The notes beneath the pieces are model-generated. The model had not been told where the DNA came from. It saw only the letters and a program-made list of their open reading frames with translations, and searched no databases. The position numbers were made by a program, and so were the translations under genes. Shown one piece after another: positions 18,592-28,006 of a DNA stretch of 56,702 nt; within the stretch, counting starts at the first letter, position 1, and each line of letters begins with the position of its first letter. The DNA is from a virus: the UHGV virus genome UHGV-0213557. The stretch is one strand, 5' to 3'.

Positions 18592-19723
18592 AAATCACCC
18601 TCTCTTCTATAAATTTAGAAGTGTCTGTTCTTATTAAATATAATTCTTTATCTAAGACTTCAATTAAAAATCTGGATAAAGTTCCATTGAATGATTTCAT
18701 GACACCTAAATTCTTGACATCCTCATTGTTTCTAGATGTCTTGGCTATAGCATGTCCCTTTCCTGATTTTAGGGTTGCTGTTTTAGACCCAACTCTACAG
18801 TATGAATTTACTCCATCACCATTTTGCACAAAAGTACTGTATTGATTTTCATCCTCTACCACACCAAATTCGTCTATTAGAATATTCTCATAGAGTATTC
18901 CCACTCCCTCTTTGAAATTTTCTATTATAGCCTTATCAGTTATTCCAGAAGCAATAGCTATCTTTTTTGCGAATTCATCTATTTTATCAATATTTTCTTC
19001 ATATTTTTTGTTTATCTCAGGATTATTATGAGCACTGCCTTCCTCAGCAAGCTCATATGTAGCATCATATATCCAATCATTGTATTTTTCTATTTGTATA
19101 TTATAAGTAGTTAACAAATCTTCTAATTTTGATACATAATATTTTGCTATTTCTGAGAAATCTCTTGCTTTAGCCTCTATATTATCTATGCTTTTTATAC
19201 CTACAGTATGTGGTATAGAAACTATTATTTGTTTCAAACTTAAGTCTAGAAATAAAGTTGCAAAATAAAAAGTTTTTTCTAATCCAGATTCTATATTCCC
19301 ATTCTCATTTTCATTTTTACAGCTAATTAAAGCTGGAGAAATAAATCTTATAATCAATCTTTTGTTTATGACATCATTTTTTTTATATATGACCTTAGTT
19401 TCTTCTAAATCACTAGTATCAATCTCCAATAAATTTTCACTTACTATATCTTCTACTATGTTTTTTAAATCTTCCAATTCCAAGTCAGAATCATTGTAAT
19501 TAAAAACATAATAATTATTATGACCATCTATTGTAAAGATTGATATCCATTCCTTAAAATAATCTAGTTTTTCTCCATCATTTTGTATTATGTTTATCAA
19601 GCTATTTATAGCAGTTTCTTTTTTTCGTTTATTAATTCCCCAATTTTCAAAATCTTTAAGGTGTTTCATTTGTACCATTTGTAATATATTCTTTATGTTC
19701 TTTAGATTCTTTTCATTTAACAA
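18536..19723 (-). CDS. Hypothetical 395-aa protein, first gene of the cassette
   Basis: ORF track; no domain recognised. Confidence 0.35.
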   Translation of the reverse strand: MLNEKNLKNIKNILQMVQMKHLKDFENWGINKRKKETAINSLINIIQNDGEKLDYFKEWISIFTIDGHNNYYVFNYNDSDLELEDLKNIVEDIVSENLLEIDTSDLEETKVIYKKNDVINKRLIIRFISPALISCKNENENGNIESGLEKTFYFATLFLDLSLKQIIVSIPHTVGIKSIDNIEAKARDFSEIAKYYVSKLEDLLTTYNIQIEKYNDWIYDATYELAEEGSAHNNPEINKKYEENIDKIDEFAKKIAIASGITDKAIIENFKEGVGILYENILIDEFGVVEDENQYSTFVQNGDGVNSYCRVGSKTATLKSGKGHAIAKTSRNNEDVKNLGVMKSFNGTLSRFLIEVLDKELYLIRTDTSKFIEERVIYDVIRKVGEYKYTFRKSE

Positions 19724-19877
19724 ATTTATAATCCCCCTCTATTTATATATCTTTATGTAATTTATATTATCATATTTGTACATCATTTTAGCAATAAATA
19801 TTATTATCTACATTAATTATTAAAAAAAGACTTAGAATTTAATCTAAGCCTTTTTTTGGGGATACATATTATATTTA

Positions 19878-19955
19878 AGGGAGCAAGTTTTAGGAATCGA
19901 ACCTAAGATTACACACCAGTCCTTGCAAATTGAGTGAGGTTACCAAGCCCCACTC
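19878..19955 (-). other. tRNA-like element (T-arm GGTTCGATTCC on the minus strand); could not be folded by eye
   Basis: ggaatcgaacc at ~19892-19902; second T-arm-like motif (GTAAGTTCAATTCTTAC) at ~20030-20046. Confidence 0.2.
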
Positions 19956-20211
19956 TTTTAGACATTTGAATTAAATTCCGTTTTAATCCAGCATATCTAC
20001 ATATAGTGTATTAATAAGTTTGAACATAGTAAGAATTGAACTTACAGCATCCTCATGCCCTGCCTAGTTTGTTCATATAAGCTAGGCGAATCCCTTAACC
20101 TAGCCCACATATATTTAGTTTTGAGAGAGAAATATTCATTTCCACAATACTATTATCTCACATTTTAAATTGTAAAATCGGCAGAAAAGCGGCAATAAAA
20201 AGACCTAGAAT

Positions 20212-20436
20212 TTAATCTAGGTCTTTCATTATATTATTTAATTTTCCATATTCTCTTTCCATTGCTTCAATAGTTACTACCCAATCACGACCAAACTTTT
20301 TACAATCAATATTTTCAACTAATTTGCCTGTCGCAACTGCTTTTCTAAGTGTAGAATCTTTCAAATCCCATAATTTTGTTGCTTCTGCAAAGCTATAAAT
20401 ACCTTCAAATCGATTCATAAAATACCTCCTAATCAT
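20212..20436 (-). CDS. Small DNA-binding (HTH) protein
   Basis: 74 aa, ..ATKLWDLKDSTLRKAVATGKL..; terminator hairpin at 20196-20226. Confidence 0.35.
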   Translation of the reverse strand: MIRRYFMNRFEGIYSFAEATKLWDLKDSTLRKAVATGKLVENIDCKKFGRDWVVTIEAMEREYGKLNNIMKDLD

Positions 20437-20839
20437 TGCTAGAAAATTGAGTTAATAACATAATATAACAATATTGATGCTCCAATTAATTTAATAGTGT
20501 CATACAGTAGTTTCAATAATTCAAATGTTAACTCTCTATACTTATTCATTGTATTTTTAGTGACTATGTTTTATAATTTAGTTAAGAGGGAAGGTGCAAC
20601 TTCCACTCTTAACATTTTACTAATGTAGGCTATCTATTACCATTTTGATGACTGCTAATAGTGTGCCAACTTCGAGTACGAGTTCAGTTAATTCTTTTAT
20701 GAGTTTTCTGAACTCTTTTATTTTCTTAGCCACTTTCTTTTCGCCTCCTTTCTATACTTCAATAATATCACGTATGCGTGATATTGTCAATAACTTCCAT
20801 ATATCTTTTTCACAAAAAAAATAGACAGTTATTAACTGC

Positions 20840-21340
20840 CTATAAATCTAACATCTTAAATAATGGTTCTTGCTCTATTAATGCTTTTTTACCAAATAAG
20901 GCTATTGATATTGAACTAATGGCTTGATTAGCTCTTTCTCTTAATTGTCTTTCTTCTAAGTATACTTTATCAACTATTAAACTCCATTCTAAGCCTTCAA
21001 TATACCTATACCTTATAATTTGTTTATGTATAGGTTTTAAATTACTTATGGATACATCTATTGTATATTTTAGTGCTTCCATTTCATATAATTCTATCTG
21101 CTTTTCTATTATCTTTTCTTCAAGATTAATTAACTCATTTTCAACTTGATTACTTATTGAATTAGTCTTACTTATGGGAATGCTGTCATAGCTTAAACCT
21201 TGCATAAAATCACCTAAATGGAACTCTTTGAGATTTTTTATTTGAAGTTTTAGACTTTCAATATTAATATGTAGTTGTTTGTAGTTCTCAAGGTGTTTTT
21301 TAGTTGCCATAAAAAACTCCTTTTTAACTTTACTTGCCAT
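20840..21340 (-). CDS. ArpU-family late transcriptional regulator (sigma-like)
   Basis: ..IIRYRYIEGLEWSLIVDKVYLEERQLRERANQAI.. Confidence 0.5.
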   Translation of the reverse strand: MASKVKKEFFMATKKHLENYKQLHINIESLKLQIKNLKEFHLGDFMQGLSYDSIPISKTNSISNQVENELINLEEKIIEKQIELYEMEALKYTIDVSISNLKPIHKQIIRYRYIEGLEWSLIVDKVYLEERQLRERANQAISSISIALFGKKALIEQEPLFKMLDL

Positions 21341-21358
21341 AACATCACTCCTATTTAT

Positions 21359-21775
21359 TTAAGCTACCTTTTTCTTATTTTCTTTTCTCTTTTTCTTAAG
21401 TTCACTATATTCTATCCAACCATCTACCCCATATTTTTTGCTTTTAGCAATCCATATCAATTTTTTGTCCTGATATTTATAGTCAAAAAGCTTTTTTCTA
21501 AGTTCACCCTGCTGTGTACTATACCCTTTCACATCTATATAAACGACTTCACCATTCCATTTGTATATGGCAAAATCAATTGTATATGTAATAGCTCTAT
21601 AGCTTTTCCCATCTTTTTTAAATTTAGGTTGTAGTTCAAACTTTTGTTGAAGTCCAAAGTCTTTTATTTCTCCATTTTCCTTTTTTTCTTTTAAATATAA
21701 ATAATACTCTGACTCATCTTTACTATCAAATTTAATTCCATCTATTACAATTTTCTTATTATTGTATTTACTCAA
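21359..21775 (-). CDS. DUF1064-like phage protein
   Basis: MSKYNNKKIVIDGIKFDSKDESEYY...ITYTIDFAIY...YIDVKG. Confidence 0.4.
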   Translation of the reverse strand: MSKYNNKKIVIDGIKFDSKDESEYYLYLKEKKENGEIKDFGLQQKFELQPKFKKDGKSYRAITYTIDFAIYKWNGEVVYIDVKGYSTQQGELRKKLFDYKYQDKKLIWIAKSKKYGVDGWIEYSELKKKRKENKKKVA

Positions 21776-22315
21776 TCAAATACTTCCTTTATCACTTAAA
21801 GTTACTCATACTTATTAATATCGTTTATAAATTCATAAACCTCATGTACACTATATCCAAACTTTTCAAACCCTTTTACATATCTTCTTATGGAACTTGA
21901 TATACTTCTACCTACTATACAATTCTCATATCCTTGCAACAAGTTTTCTTTTTCCTCTTGCTTCACCATTTGAGAAACTGCTTTTTGAAACTTATTCATT
22001 GCTATTCCCCCATAGTTTTATTGTTTAAAATTAATTTTGCTGTTCTCTATTGCTTTTCTTAGCCTTTCTCTCACATCTTTTACAACAGTAAATTTTTTTA
22101 GACTGTTTTGGGATGTAAAATAATTTACCACACCAATTGCAAATTATTCTTTTATTCATAAAACCACTTCTTTCTCATTTTTCAGGATAGTTGTTATTAC
22201 AATTTTCACACTCTTTCAGATTCAATCTATACTCATAAACCCTACCAGCTATAAAACTTACTGCTACAAGTATCATGATAGCTAACCGCTTCAATAATAA
22301 TTTATATATAAAGAA

Positions 22316-23167
22316 CTAGTTAATATTTGATAAAATATGTGCTATCACATCTATTGTCCAACCATCACCTATGACATTTTGTGCTTGTCTTATACTCAAA
22401 CCTTTTGTATATCCAACTGGTAGCGTCTGCGCTAACTCTAATTCTCTAGTTGTTAAGTATCTGCAGAAAGACCCAAATTCTACTAAACCTGAATTACTAA
22501 ATCTATCTTGTTTTAATGTTACGCAGTTTATTTTGTCTTCATATGTTACATTCTTACAATTTCCATTTAAACCATTACCCCACATTTTTTCTCTACTTGG
22601 AGTTTTTTTAATTTCAAACTCTTTGCAATAATCAAAACTAGTATCTTTATAATCTTGAAAACTAATTTTTAAATCTTTAGGTTGTTGAACATTTAAAATA
22701 TTTGTCCAATATAATCTGTCTCTATTTTGATAACTAACTAAATTGCTATTTATCTTGATTGGTTCAACTCCTAACAATTGGCTTATCATGTTTTCATCTT
22801 TTTTGGGCATCACTACGTTTTCTAAAAGAAAATATTCTGGATTCAATTGTTTTAGAATTCTTATATATTCCCAAAACAAATTACTTTTATCTCCAGTTAA
22901 TCCATCCTGTATTTTATTAGCTATTAATCTTCCTTTACTTAAATTTTGGCATGGGCTTCCGCCAATAAGAATATCTACTTTAGGGATTTTACTTACATTT
23001 AGCTCTCTTACATCTCCAAGTTGTATTGTTTTTGGGTAATTATTCATTGCTACTTTAATCGCAATCTCTTTTATTTCACTTGCAAAATAATTTTCTACTT
23101 TTATTCTAGCTCTCTCAAAAGCAACTTGACCACAACTAATTCCATCGAATAGACTTAATACATTCAT
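22316..23167 (-). CDS. DNA (cytosine-5)-methyltransferase, orphan
   Basis: LSLFDGISCGQ (motif I), GGSPCQNLS (PC motif IV), ENV (motif VI). Confidence 0.85.
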   Translation of the reverse strand: MNVLSLFDGISCGQVAFERARIKVENYFASEIKEIAIKVAMNNYPKTIQLGDVRELNVSKIPKVDILIGGSPCQNLSKGRLIANKIQDGLTGDKSNLFWEYIRILKQLNPEYFLLENVVMPKKDENMISQLLGVEPIKINSNLVSYQNRDRLYWTNILNVQQPKDLKISFQDYKDTSFDYCKEFEIKKTPSREKMWGNGLNGNCKNVTYEDKINCVTLKQDRFSNSGLVEFGSFCRYLTTRELELAQTLPVGYTKGLSIRQAQNVIGDGWTIDVIAHILSNIN

Positions 23168-23400
23168 ATTTGCACCTTCTTATTATCACAATTTTCACAC
23201 CCTTTTAGGTTCAATCTATACTCATAAACTCTACCAGCTATAAAACTTCCTATTACTAATATCACACTAGCTAAGATATTCACTTTTAATCATCTCCTCA
23301 TATTTTTCTCTAGCCTTATCTATAGCAATAAATATATCCTCTCCATTGTCATATAACTCTTTTGCTCTTTTAATTGTATATTCTGTCCTTGAAACTTCCA

Positions 23401-23763
23401 TTATTCCTCCTTAATGTATTCAACTTTCCAGCCACTTCTTGTTTTAGTTTTCTTTTTAATAGCTTGATAAACTGCTTGATATTTTAATCTTAAAAAACAG
23501 GCTGCACCATCTATAGACTCAAATTCTTTTACTTCCCCTGTATTAACATTTCTAATTCTTACTGGTAACTCTTTTTTTATTTTTCTGTCCTTCTTTACTC
23601 CAAACTCAGCTAACATTTTTTCTGGCTTAGGATATATCTTTTTTCCATTTTTTGTAATTCCCAACAAACAACAATATAATGCTAAGTAGTTTCTACATGT
23701 AAGGTCATCTTCAATAAGGTTGTCCACTACTGAGCCACTAAAATACCTTTCTACTTTAAACAT
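23401..23763 (-). CDS. Hypothetical protein
   Basis: ORF track. Confidence 0.3.
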   Translation of the reverse strand: MFKVERYFSGSVVDNLIEDDLTCRNYLALYCCLLGITKNGKKIYPKPEKMLAEFGVKKDRKIKKELPVRIRNVNTGEVKEFESIDGAACFLRLKYQAVYQAIKKKTKTRSGWKVEYIKEE

Positions 23764-23792
23764 TTATTTCACCTCATATTTAATTTTTCAGA

Positions 23793-24212
23793 TTAAAATG
23801 GTAACTCATCATCATCTATAATTTCAAATCCTTGAGGGTCTAGTCCTATGGTTCCATCTTGTACACTCTCTTTATATGAATTACTCGATTTATTCTTGCT
23901 TTCTAATGATTGTACTGATTTTGTACTGACTTTTGTAAATATTCTTTTTTCACCTGATTGAGTTTGATAATTGTCAACTCTTATATTCCCTTCTAATGCT
24001 ACTAGCTTCCCTTTTGTTATGTAATTTGCACAGTATTCAGCTGATTTACCTATTACTTCTATTGGTATAAAATCAGTATCCCTTTTTCCTTCTTTATTTA
24101 TATAATTTCTGTCTACAGCTATTGTAAATGATGCTACTGCTGTACCTGTTCCTGGTATGTATTTGAGTTCTGGGTCTCTAGTTAATCTTCCAACTAATAC
24201 AACTTGATTCAT
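23793..24212 (-). CDS. ssb: Single-stranded DNA-binding protein
   Basis: OB-fold N-terminus MNQVVLVGRLTRDPELKY.., acidic tail DDELPF. Confidence 0.85.
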   Translation of the reverse strand: MNQVVLVGRLTRDPELKYIPGTGTAVASFTIAVDRNYINKEGKRDTDFIPIEVIGKSAEYCANYITKGKLVALEGNIRVDNYQTQSGEKRIFTKVSTKSVQSLESKNKSSNSYKESVQDGTIGLDPQGFEIIDDDELPF

Positions 24213-24231
24213 TTTAATACCTCCATCAATA

Positions 24232-24732
24232 TTATTTAAATTTAGCCTTTTGGCTTTTCTTTATAATTTCATCTAATTCTTTGTTACTGTATTGAGTAAA
24301 TGTTTGTTCAAAATTAGCAAACTTATTTTTGCTTACTACACTATTGGTTTTTTTTGACTTTTTATTTTCATGTTGTAATTTATATGATTCTAACTGTTCA
24401 TATGTAGTTATATTTGCATCCTTCCACTTTTTAAGGATTCCTTTTAAGTATGATAAATTCATATTCATTCTTTCAGCACATATCTCTATAGCTCTTTTAA
24501 ATACTCTTATATCTACTTCATTAGATACTTCTAATAACCATTCAGCTGTGACTGGATATACTACTCCTATATTTTCTTCATATAGCTTCTTAAATTCTTT
24601 TAAAGAGTTATCCACAGCTTGCTCTATATACATACTACTTTTAAAACTGTTATTTATAATACTGTTACTTATAGTGTCCGACTTTTCCATGTCCGGTTGA
24701 ACCATGTCCGGTAAATTCGGACATGGTTCCAT
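24232..24732 (-). CDS. DnaD-like replication protein (true start probably downstream of the iterons)
   Basis: ..NMNLSYLKGILKKWKDANITTYEQ.. is DnaD C-terminal-domain-like. Confidence 0.5.
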   Translation of the reverse strand: MEPCPNLPDMVQPDMEKSDTISNSIINNSFKSSMYIEQAVDNSLKEFKKLYEENIGVVYPVTAEWLLEVSNEVDIRVFKRAIEICAERMNMNLSYLKGILKKWKDANITTYEQLESYKLQHENKKSKKTNSVVSKNKFANFEQTFTQYSNKELDEIIKKSQKAKFK

Positions 24733-25136
24733 GTCTGCTTTTTTCGGACATGGTTTTTTTTATTTTCTTTCTTACATCTAATGGATATATGACTTTCTAT
24801 ATAGCTTCTATCAAATACTACCTCATATATATTATTTTGCATCCTTCCTTCCCTAGTTTTATTTTTATATACTTTTATATAACCACTCGTCTTTAGTTCA
24901 TTTAGGTATTTACTAAAAGTATCTTTATTTATACCAAGTTCATGAGTCATAATATCCCTAGATGGATAACATGTCCCACTTGCTCCTGCAAAACTGGATA
25001 GATAGAAATATAAAGCTCTTGCTCCTGTTGTTAGCCATGAATCTCTAGCTACCAATTGTGGTGAAAGACCATACCCATCACTAAGTATATTTCCTTTCTC
25101 TATAGTTGCTTTGTCTCTGTCCTTCAAGAAATTCAC
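24669..25136 (-). CDS. Replication initiator / replisome organiser (winged helix); 3' end overlaps the iterons
   Basis: ..CYPSRDIMTHELGINKDTFSKYLNELKTSGYIKV.. Confidence 0.5.
   Translation of the reverse strand: MNFLKDRDKATIEKGNILSDGYGLSPQLVARDSWLTTGARALYFYLSSFAGASGTCYPSRDIMTHELGINKDTFSKYLNELKTSGYIKVYKNKTREGRMQNNIYEVVFDRSYIESHISIRCKKENKKNHVRKKQTWNHVRIYRTWFNRTWKSRTL
24674..24790. repeat. Origin-of-replication-like iterons (CCATGTCCGG / CCGGACATGG, about six copies in both orientations) followed by an A/T-rich tract
   Basis: gtgtccgac, ccatgtccgg x2, cggacatgg x2, ccatgtctg within 24674-24753, then tttttttattttctttctt. Confidence 0.6.
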
Positions 25137-25778
25137 CTACTTAATTATTCCTTTTTCCCTTTGTAATTTCTCATATCCAACACATATCTGGTCATATTCC
25201 TGTTTACTTAAATCTTTAACTTCTTTATTAAACTTATAATACACTTCACTTTTTACTCTATCTGAATCTTTGCCTATTGTATTTCCTATTGAAAACAATC
25301 TTTTTATTTGATTTTGACTTATTTTTATTTGACCATTTTCACTTGCTTTAATAGAGGAGTTTGTTAAGTCATTTCTTTTATAATCTTCTTTTCCACTAGT
25401 AGCATCAAAAGTATCATTTTCTGTAATGTTTAATAACTGAATGTACAAATACCTTGTCTGATATGTTTCAATTCCTCCTAATGCTTGTAACTCATTAGAG
25501 CCTTTTAATTGTAATTCTCTCATTGGAGAAGTAAATATTATCTCTTCTGTTGGTTTCTCTCCATTAATCAATGTTAGAGTTGCATAATCATTTGTAAAGG
25601 TCACTATAGGGCATAATTTAGCTTCTTGTAACAGCTCTGTTGCTTGAGGTAAGAAGTCTGCTAACTCAAAATATTTAAAGTTAGCAAACTTGTTTTGACC
25701 ACTCTTTTTTATATCTAATTTGTTAAACTTAATTCTTACATCCATCAATTTTATGTAAATATTATTCACTTCCATCAA
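25137..25778 (-). CDS. ERF-family single-strand annealing protein
   Basis: ..KSGQNKFANFKYFELADFLPQATELLQEAKL.. Confidence 0.55.
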   Translation of the reverse strand: MMEVNNIYIKLMDVRIKFNKLDIKKSGQNKFANFKYFELADFLPQATELLQEAKLCPIVTFTNDYATLTLINGEKPTEEIIFTSPMRELQLKGSNELQALGGIETYQTRYLYIQLLNITENDTFDATSGKEDYKRNDLTNSSIKASENGQIKISQNQIKRLFSIGNTIGKDSDRVKSEVYYKFNKEVKDLSKQEYDQICVGYEKLQREKGIIK

Positions 25779-26043
25779 TTTCTCCCTCCATTTCTCTAAT
25801 ATTTCTTTCTAAAACTGACACAAAACCATCTATATAATCACCATAGTTCCCTTGTAATTTGTATTCGTCTAAATGTTCTTTGAATTGTTCCAAAGTGCAT
25901 CCTTTTCTATGTTTATCTATACAAAATTCTAATGCTGATATTTGTCCAAATTTTACATCCCAATCTACTTCATCTACTGTTGTAAATCTTAATAAAAATA
26001 ATCTATCTTCTAAACCCTTAATTATTTCATTTTTTGTTTTCAT
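25762..26043 (-). CDS. Hypothetical protein
   Basis: ORF track. Confidence 0.3.
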   Translation of the reverse strand: MKTKNEIIKGLEDRLFLLRFTTVDEVDWDVKFGQISALEFCIDKHRKGCTLEQFKEHLDEYKLQGNYGDYIDGFVSVLERNIREMEGEIDGSE

Positions 26044-26121
26044 TTATTCCCCCTTATGTTATAATATACCTATAATTTTTGTAACTTATTTTCACTTAGA
26101 GCCTGTGCGAAGGCTCTTTTT

Positions 26122-26364
26122 TTATATCTGGACATCTATTGGTCTATCTTTTTCAAGTTCTTCTTGATACATCATAGCTTCTCTAAACTCAATAGAAGCT
26201 TCTAACTCAATGTCATGTTCAAGACCCTCTAATATATTTTGACTAGCAAATTTTACGGCTTCCCACCACATTAAACTACTATTATTTTTTGTACCTTGTA
26301 ATTTACATATTTCTTTTTCTGCTTGTTTAATTTGACCTATTGCTATTAGTCTAGCTGCTTCCAT
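26122..26364 (-). CDS. Hypothetical protein
   Basis: ORF track. Confidence 0.3.
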   Translation of the reverse strand: MEAARLIAIGQIKQAEKEICKLQGTKNNSSLMWWEAVKFASQNILEGLEHDIELEASIEFREAMMYQEELEKDRPIDVQI

Positions 26365-26660
26365 TTAAATCCCTCCCAATTTATTACTATCTATATAAGC
26401 TACATTCTAAATTGTTACAATTATTACACATTAAACCTTTTAGAATGTTATATTACCTATTCTAAATCCATTCTTTTTGTGCTATAATTTGTTTGTGTTA
26501 TATTTTATTTTTTATTTTTTTGTGTGTTGGTTATTTGACCAGCACTTTTTTATTTAATACTCCAACCGATATTTTCTTACCAGTTTTAATATCTTTAAAT
26601 ACTATGTCTGCTATAGCTTTTCCATCTTTTTTAAGAGTTACTATATTATTCTTATTAGTA

Positions 26661-27053
26661 TTAAGGCTTAACAATTTCATCCCCCCTCTCTGCTACTTTT
26701 AAAAGTTCATCCAAATTTTTACCTTGATTTCTTTCAATAAAATCATCAACTTCATATCTTGAAATTTTTCTACCATCACCTCTAGCCAGTGATTTTATCA
26801 AACCTGTGCTCACTAACCTACGCATAAAAACTGTATCTAATTTTAAAATTCCCCTTGCTTCTTCTACTGTTATCAAATAATTTGGATAACCTCTTTTTAT
26901 TAAAACAACTATATCTTTAGGCTCCAGTACTTTTACCTTTTGTTCAACAGTTTGACTCTTAACTCTATCTGTTTCTTGTTTATTTATCTCTATTTCTATT
27001 AAACTTTTTAAACTATCACTAAATTGCTTTGTTATACTTTCAGAAATATCCAT
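26661..27053 (-). CDS. Putative DNA-binding protein (HTH)
   Basis: ..EEARGILKLDTVFMRRLVSTGLIKSLARGDGRKISRYEVDDFI.. Confidence 0.35.
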   Translation of the reverse strand: MDISESITKQFSDSLKSLIEIEINKQETDRVKSQTVEQKVKVLEPKDIVVLIKRGYPNYLITVEEARGILKLDTVFMRRLVSTGLIKSLARGDGRKISRYEVDDFIERNQGKNLDELLKVAERGDEIVKP

Positions 27054-27083
27054 GTTAAAATTCTCTCCCCTCTTTTCAAATAT

Positions 27084-27290
27084 TTATCTTCCAACTAATT
27101 CGTCTAATGTAATATCTAAATAATCAGCTAATTTTATTAGAGTATCTATAGTTGGATTAGAATTTTTATTCTTCAACAATTTATATAGACCACTTACATC
27201 TATATTTAATTCCTTTGCTAATTTATAAGGTTTTATATCTCTTTTTCTTAGTATTTGCTTTATATTGTCGCCTATTAACATTGTATTCAC
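27084..27290 (-). CDS. XRE-family HTH regulator (Cro-like)
   Basis: ..NIKQILRKRDIKPYKLAKELNIDVSGLYKLLKNK.. Confidence 0.65.
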   Translation of the reverse strand: MNTMLIGDNIKQILRKRDIKPYKLAKELNIDVSGLYKLLKNKNSNPTIDTLIKLADYLDITLDELVGR

Positions 27291-27356
27291 CTCAGTTCTA
27301 CATGGTATAATATAAACATGGAATAAATTCCAAAATTTTCAAAAGGATGGTGTATT

Positions 27357-27731
27357 ATGCAGTTTTCAAACAATATATCTAAAGAATTACAAGAAAGTAT
27401 AAGAAAGACAGTCTCTGATACTTCTAACACAGAGTATTTTTACTATGCTGAATTTCAATATAAAATTATTCTTAAATCTATAGAGGAATTTGAAAAAGAA
27501 CTTGATGATGAACATGAAATTGCACTAAAATTGACTAACTTTGGAAAAGATGTATTAATGATTGTTGAAGAAGTAGGTTATCATAACCCTTGTCTAATTC
27601 ACTACTACGGCATAGTAAATGGAGTTTATTCTGAAATTCTTCAACACACATCACAGATAAACTTTATGATAACTTCAGTAAAGAAAACTGACCCTTCAAA
27701 ACCTGCTAGAAGAATAGGTTTTATATTGTAA
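27357..27731 (+). CDS. Hypothetical protein, divergent from 27084-27290
   Basis: ORF track. Confidence 0.35.
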   Translation: MQFSNNISKELQESIRKTVSDTSNTEYFYYAEFQYKIILKSIEEFEKELDDEHEIALKLTNFGKDVLMIVEEVGYHNPCLIHYYGIVNGVYSEILQHTSQINFMITSVKKTDPSKPARRIGFIL

Positions 27732-27740
27732 TTATCATTC

Positions 27741-27992
27741 TTATTTTCTGATTCTTTCTTTAGTAATTTCACTAATTTTTCTTTTTTCACTTTTATTCAT
27801 CTCATGTAAATACAAAACTATACATTGGTACATATAATCTATAAAATCACTATTTGATTGAGCTGTTATCTGACTAAATAACTGTGCTTGCAATTGATTT
27901 TCAAGCATGGTTATTCTTTTCTCTATTTCTTCTATTTTCTTATTTTCCAATTCAATCTCTCCTTTCCAAAATATTCTGTATTTAGTTTTCAA
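27741..27992 (-). CDS. Hypothetical protein
   Basis: ORF track. Confidence 0.3.
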   Translation of the reverse strand: MKTKYRIFWKGEIELENKKIEEIEKRITMLENQLQAQLFSQITAQSNSDFIDYMYQCIVLYLHEMNKSEKRKISEITKERIRK

Positions 27993-28006
27993 GGTACTGT
28001 TATGAT

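Noticed and set aside
19878-20108. Calling two bona fide tRNA genes
   Set aside because: T-arm motifs are present but I could not assemble acceptor, D and anticodon stems by eye; reported only as tRNA-like, needs tRNAscan-SE.
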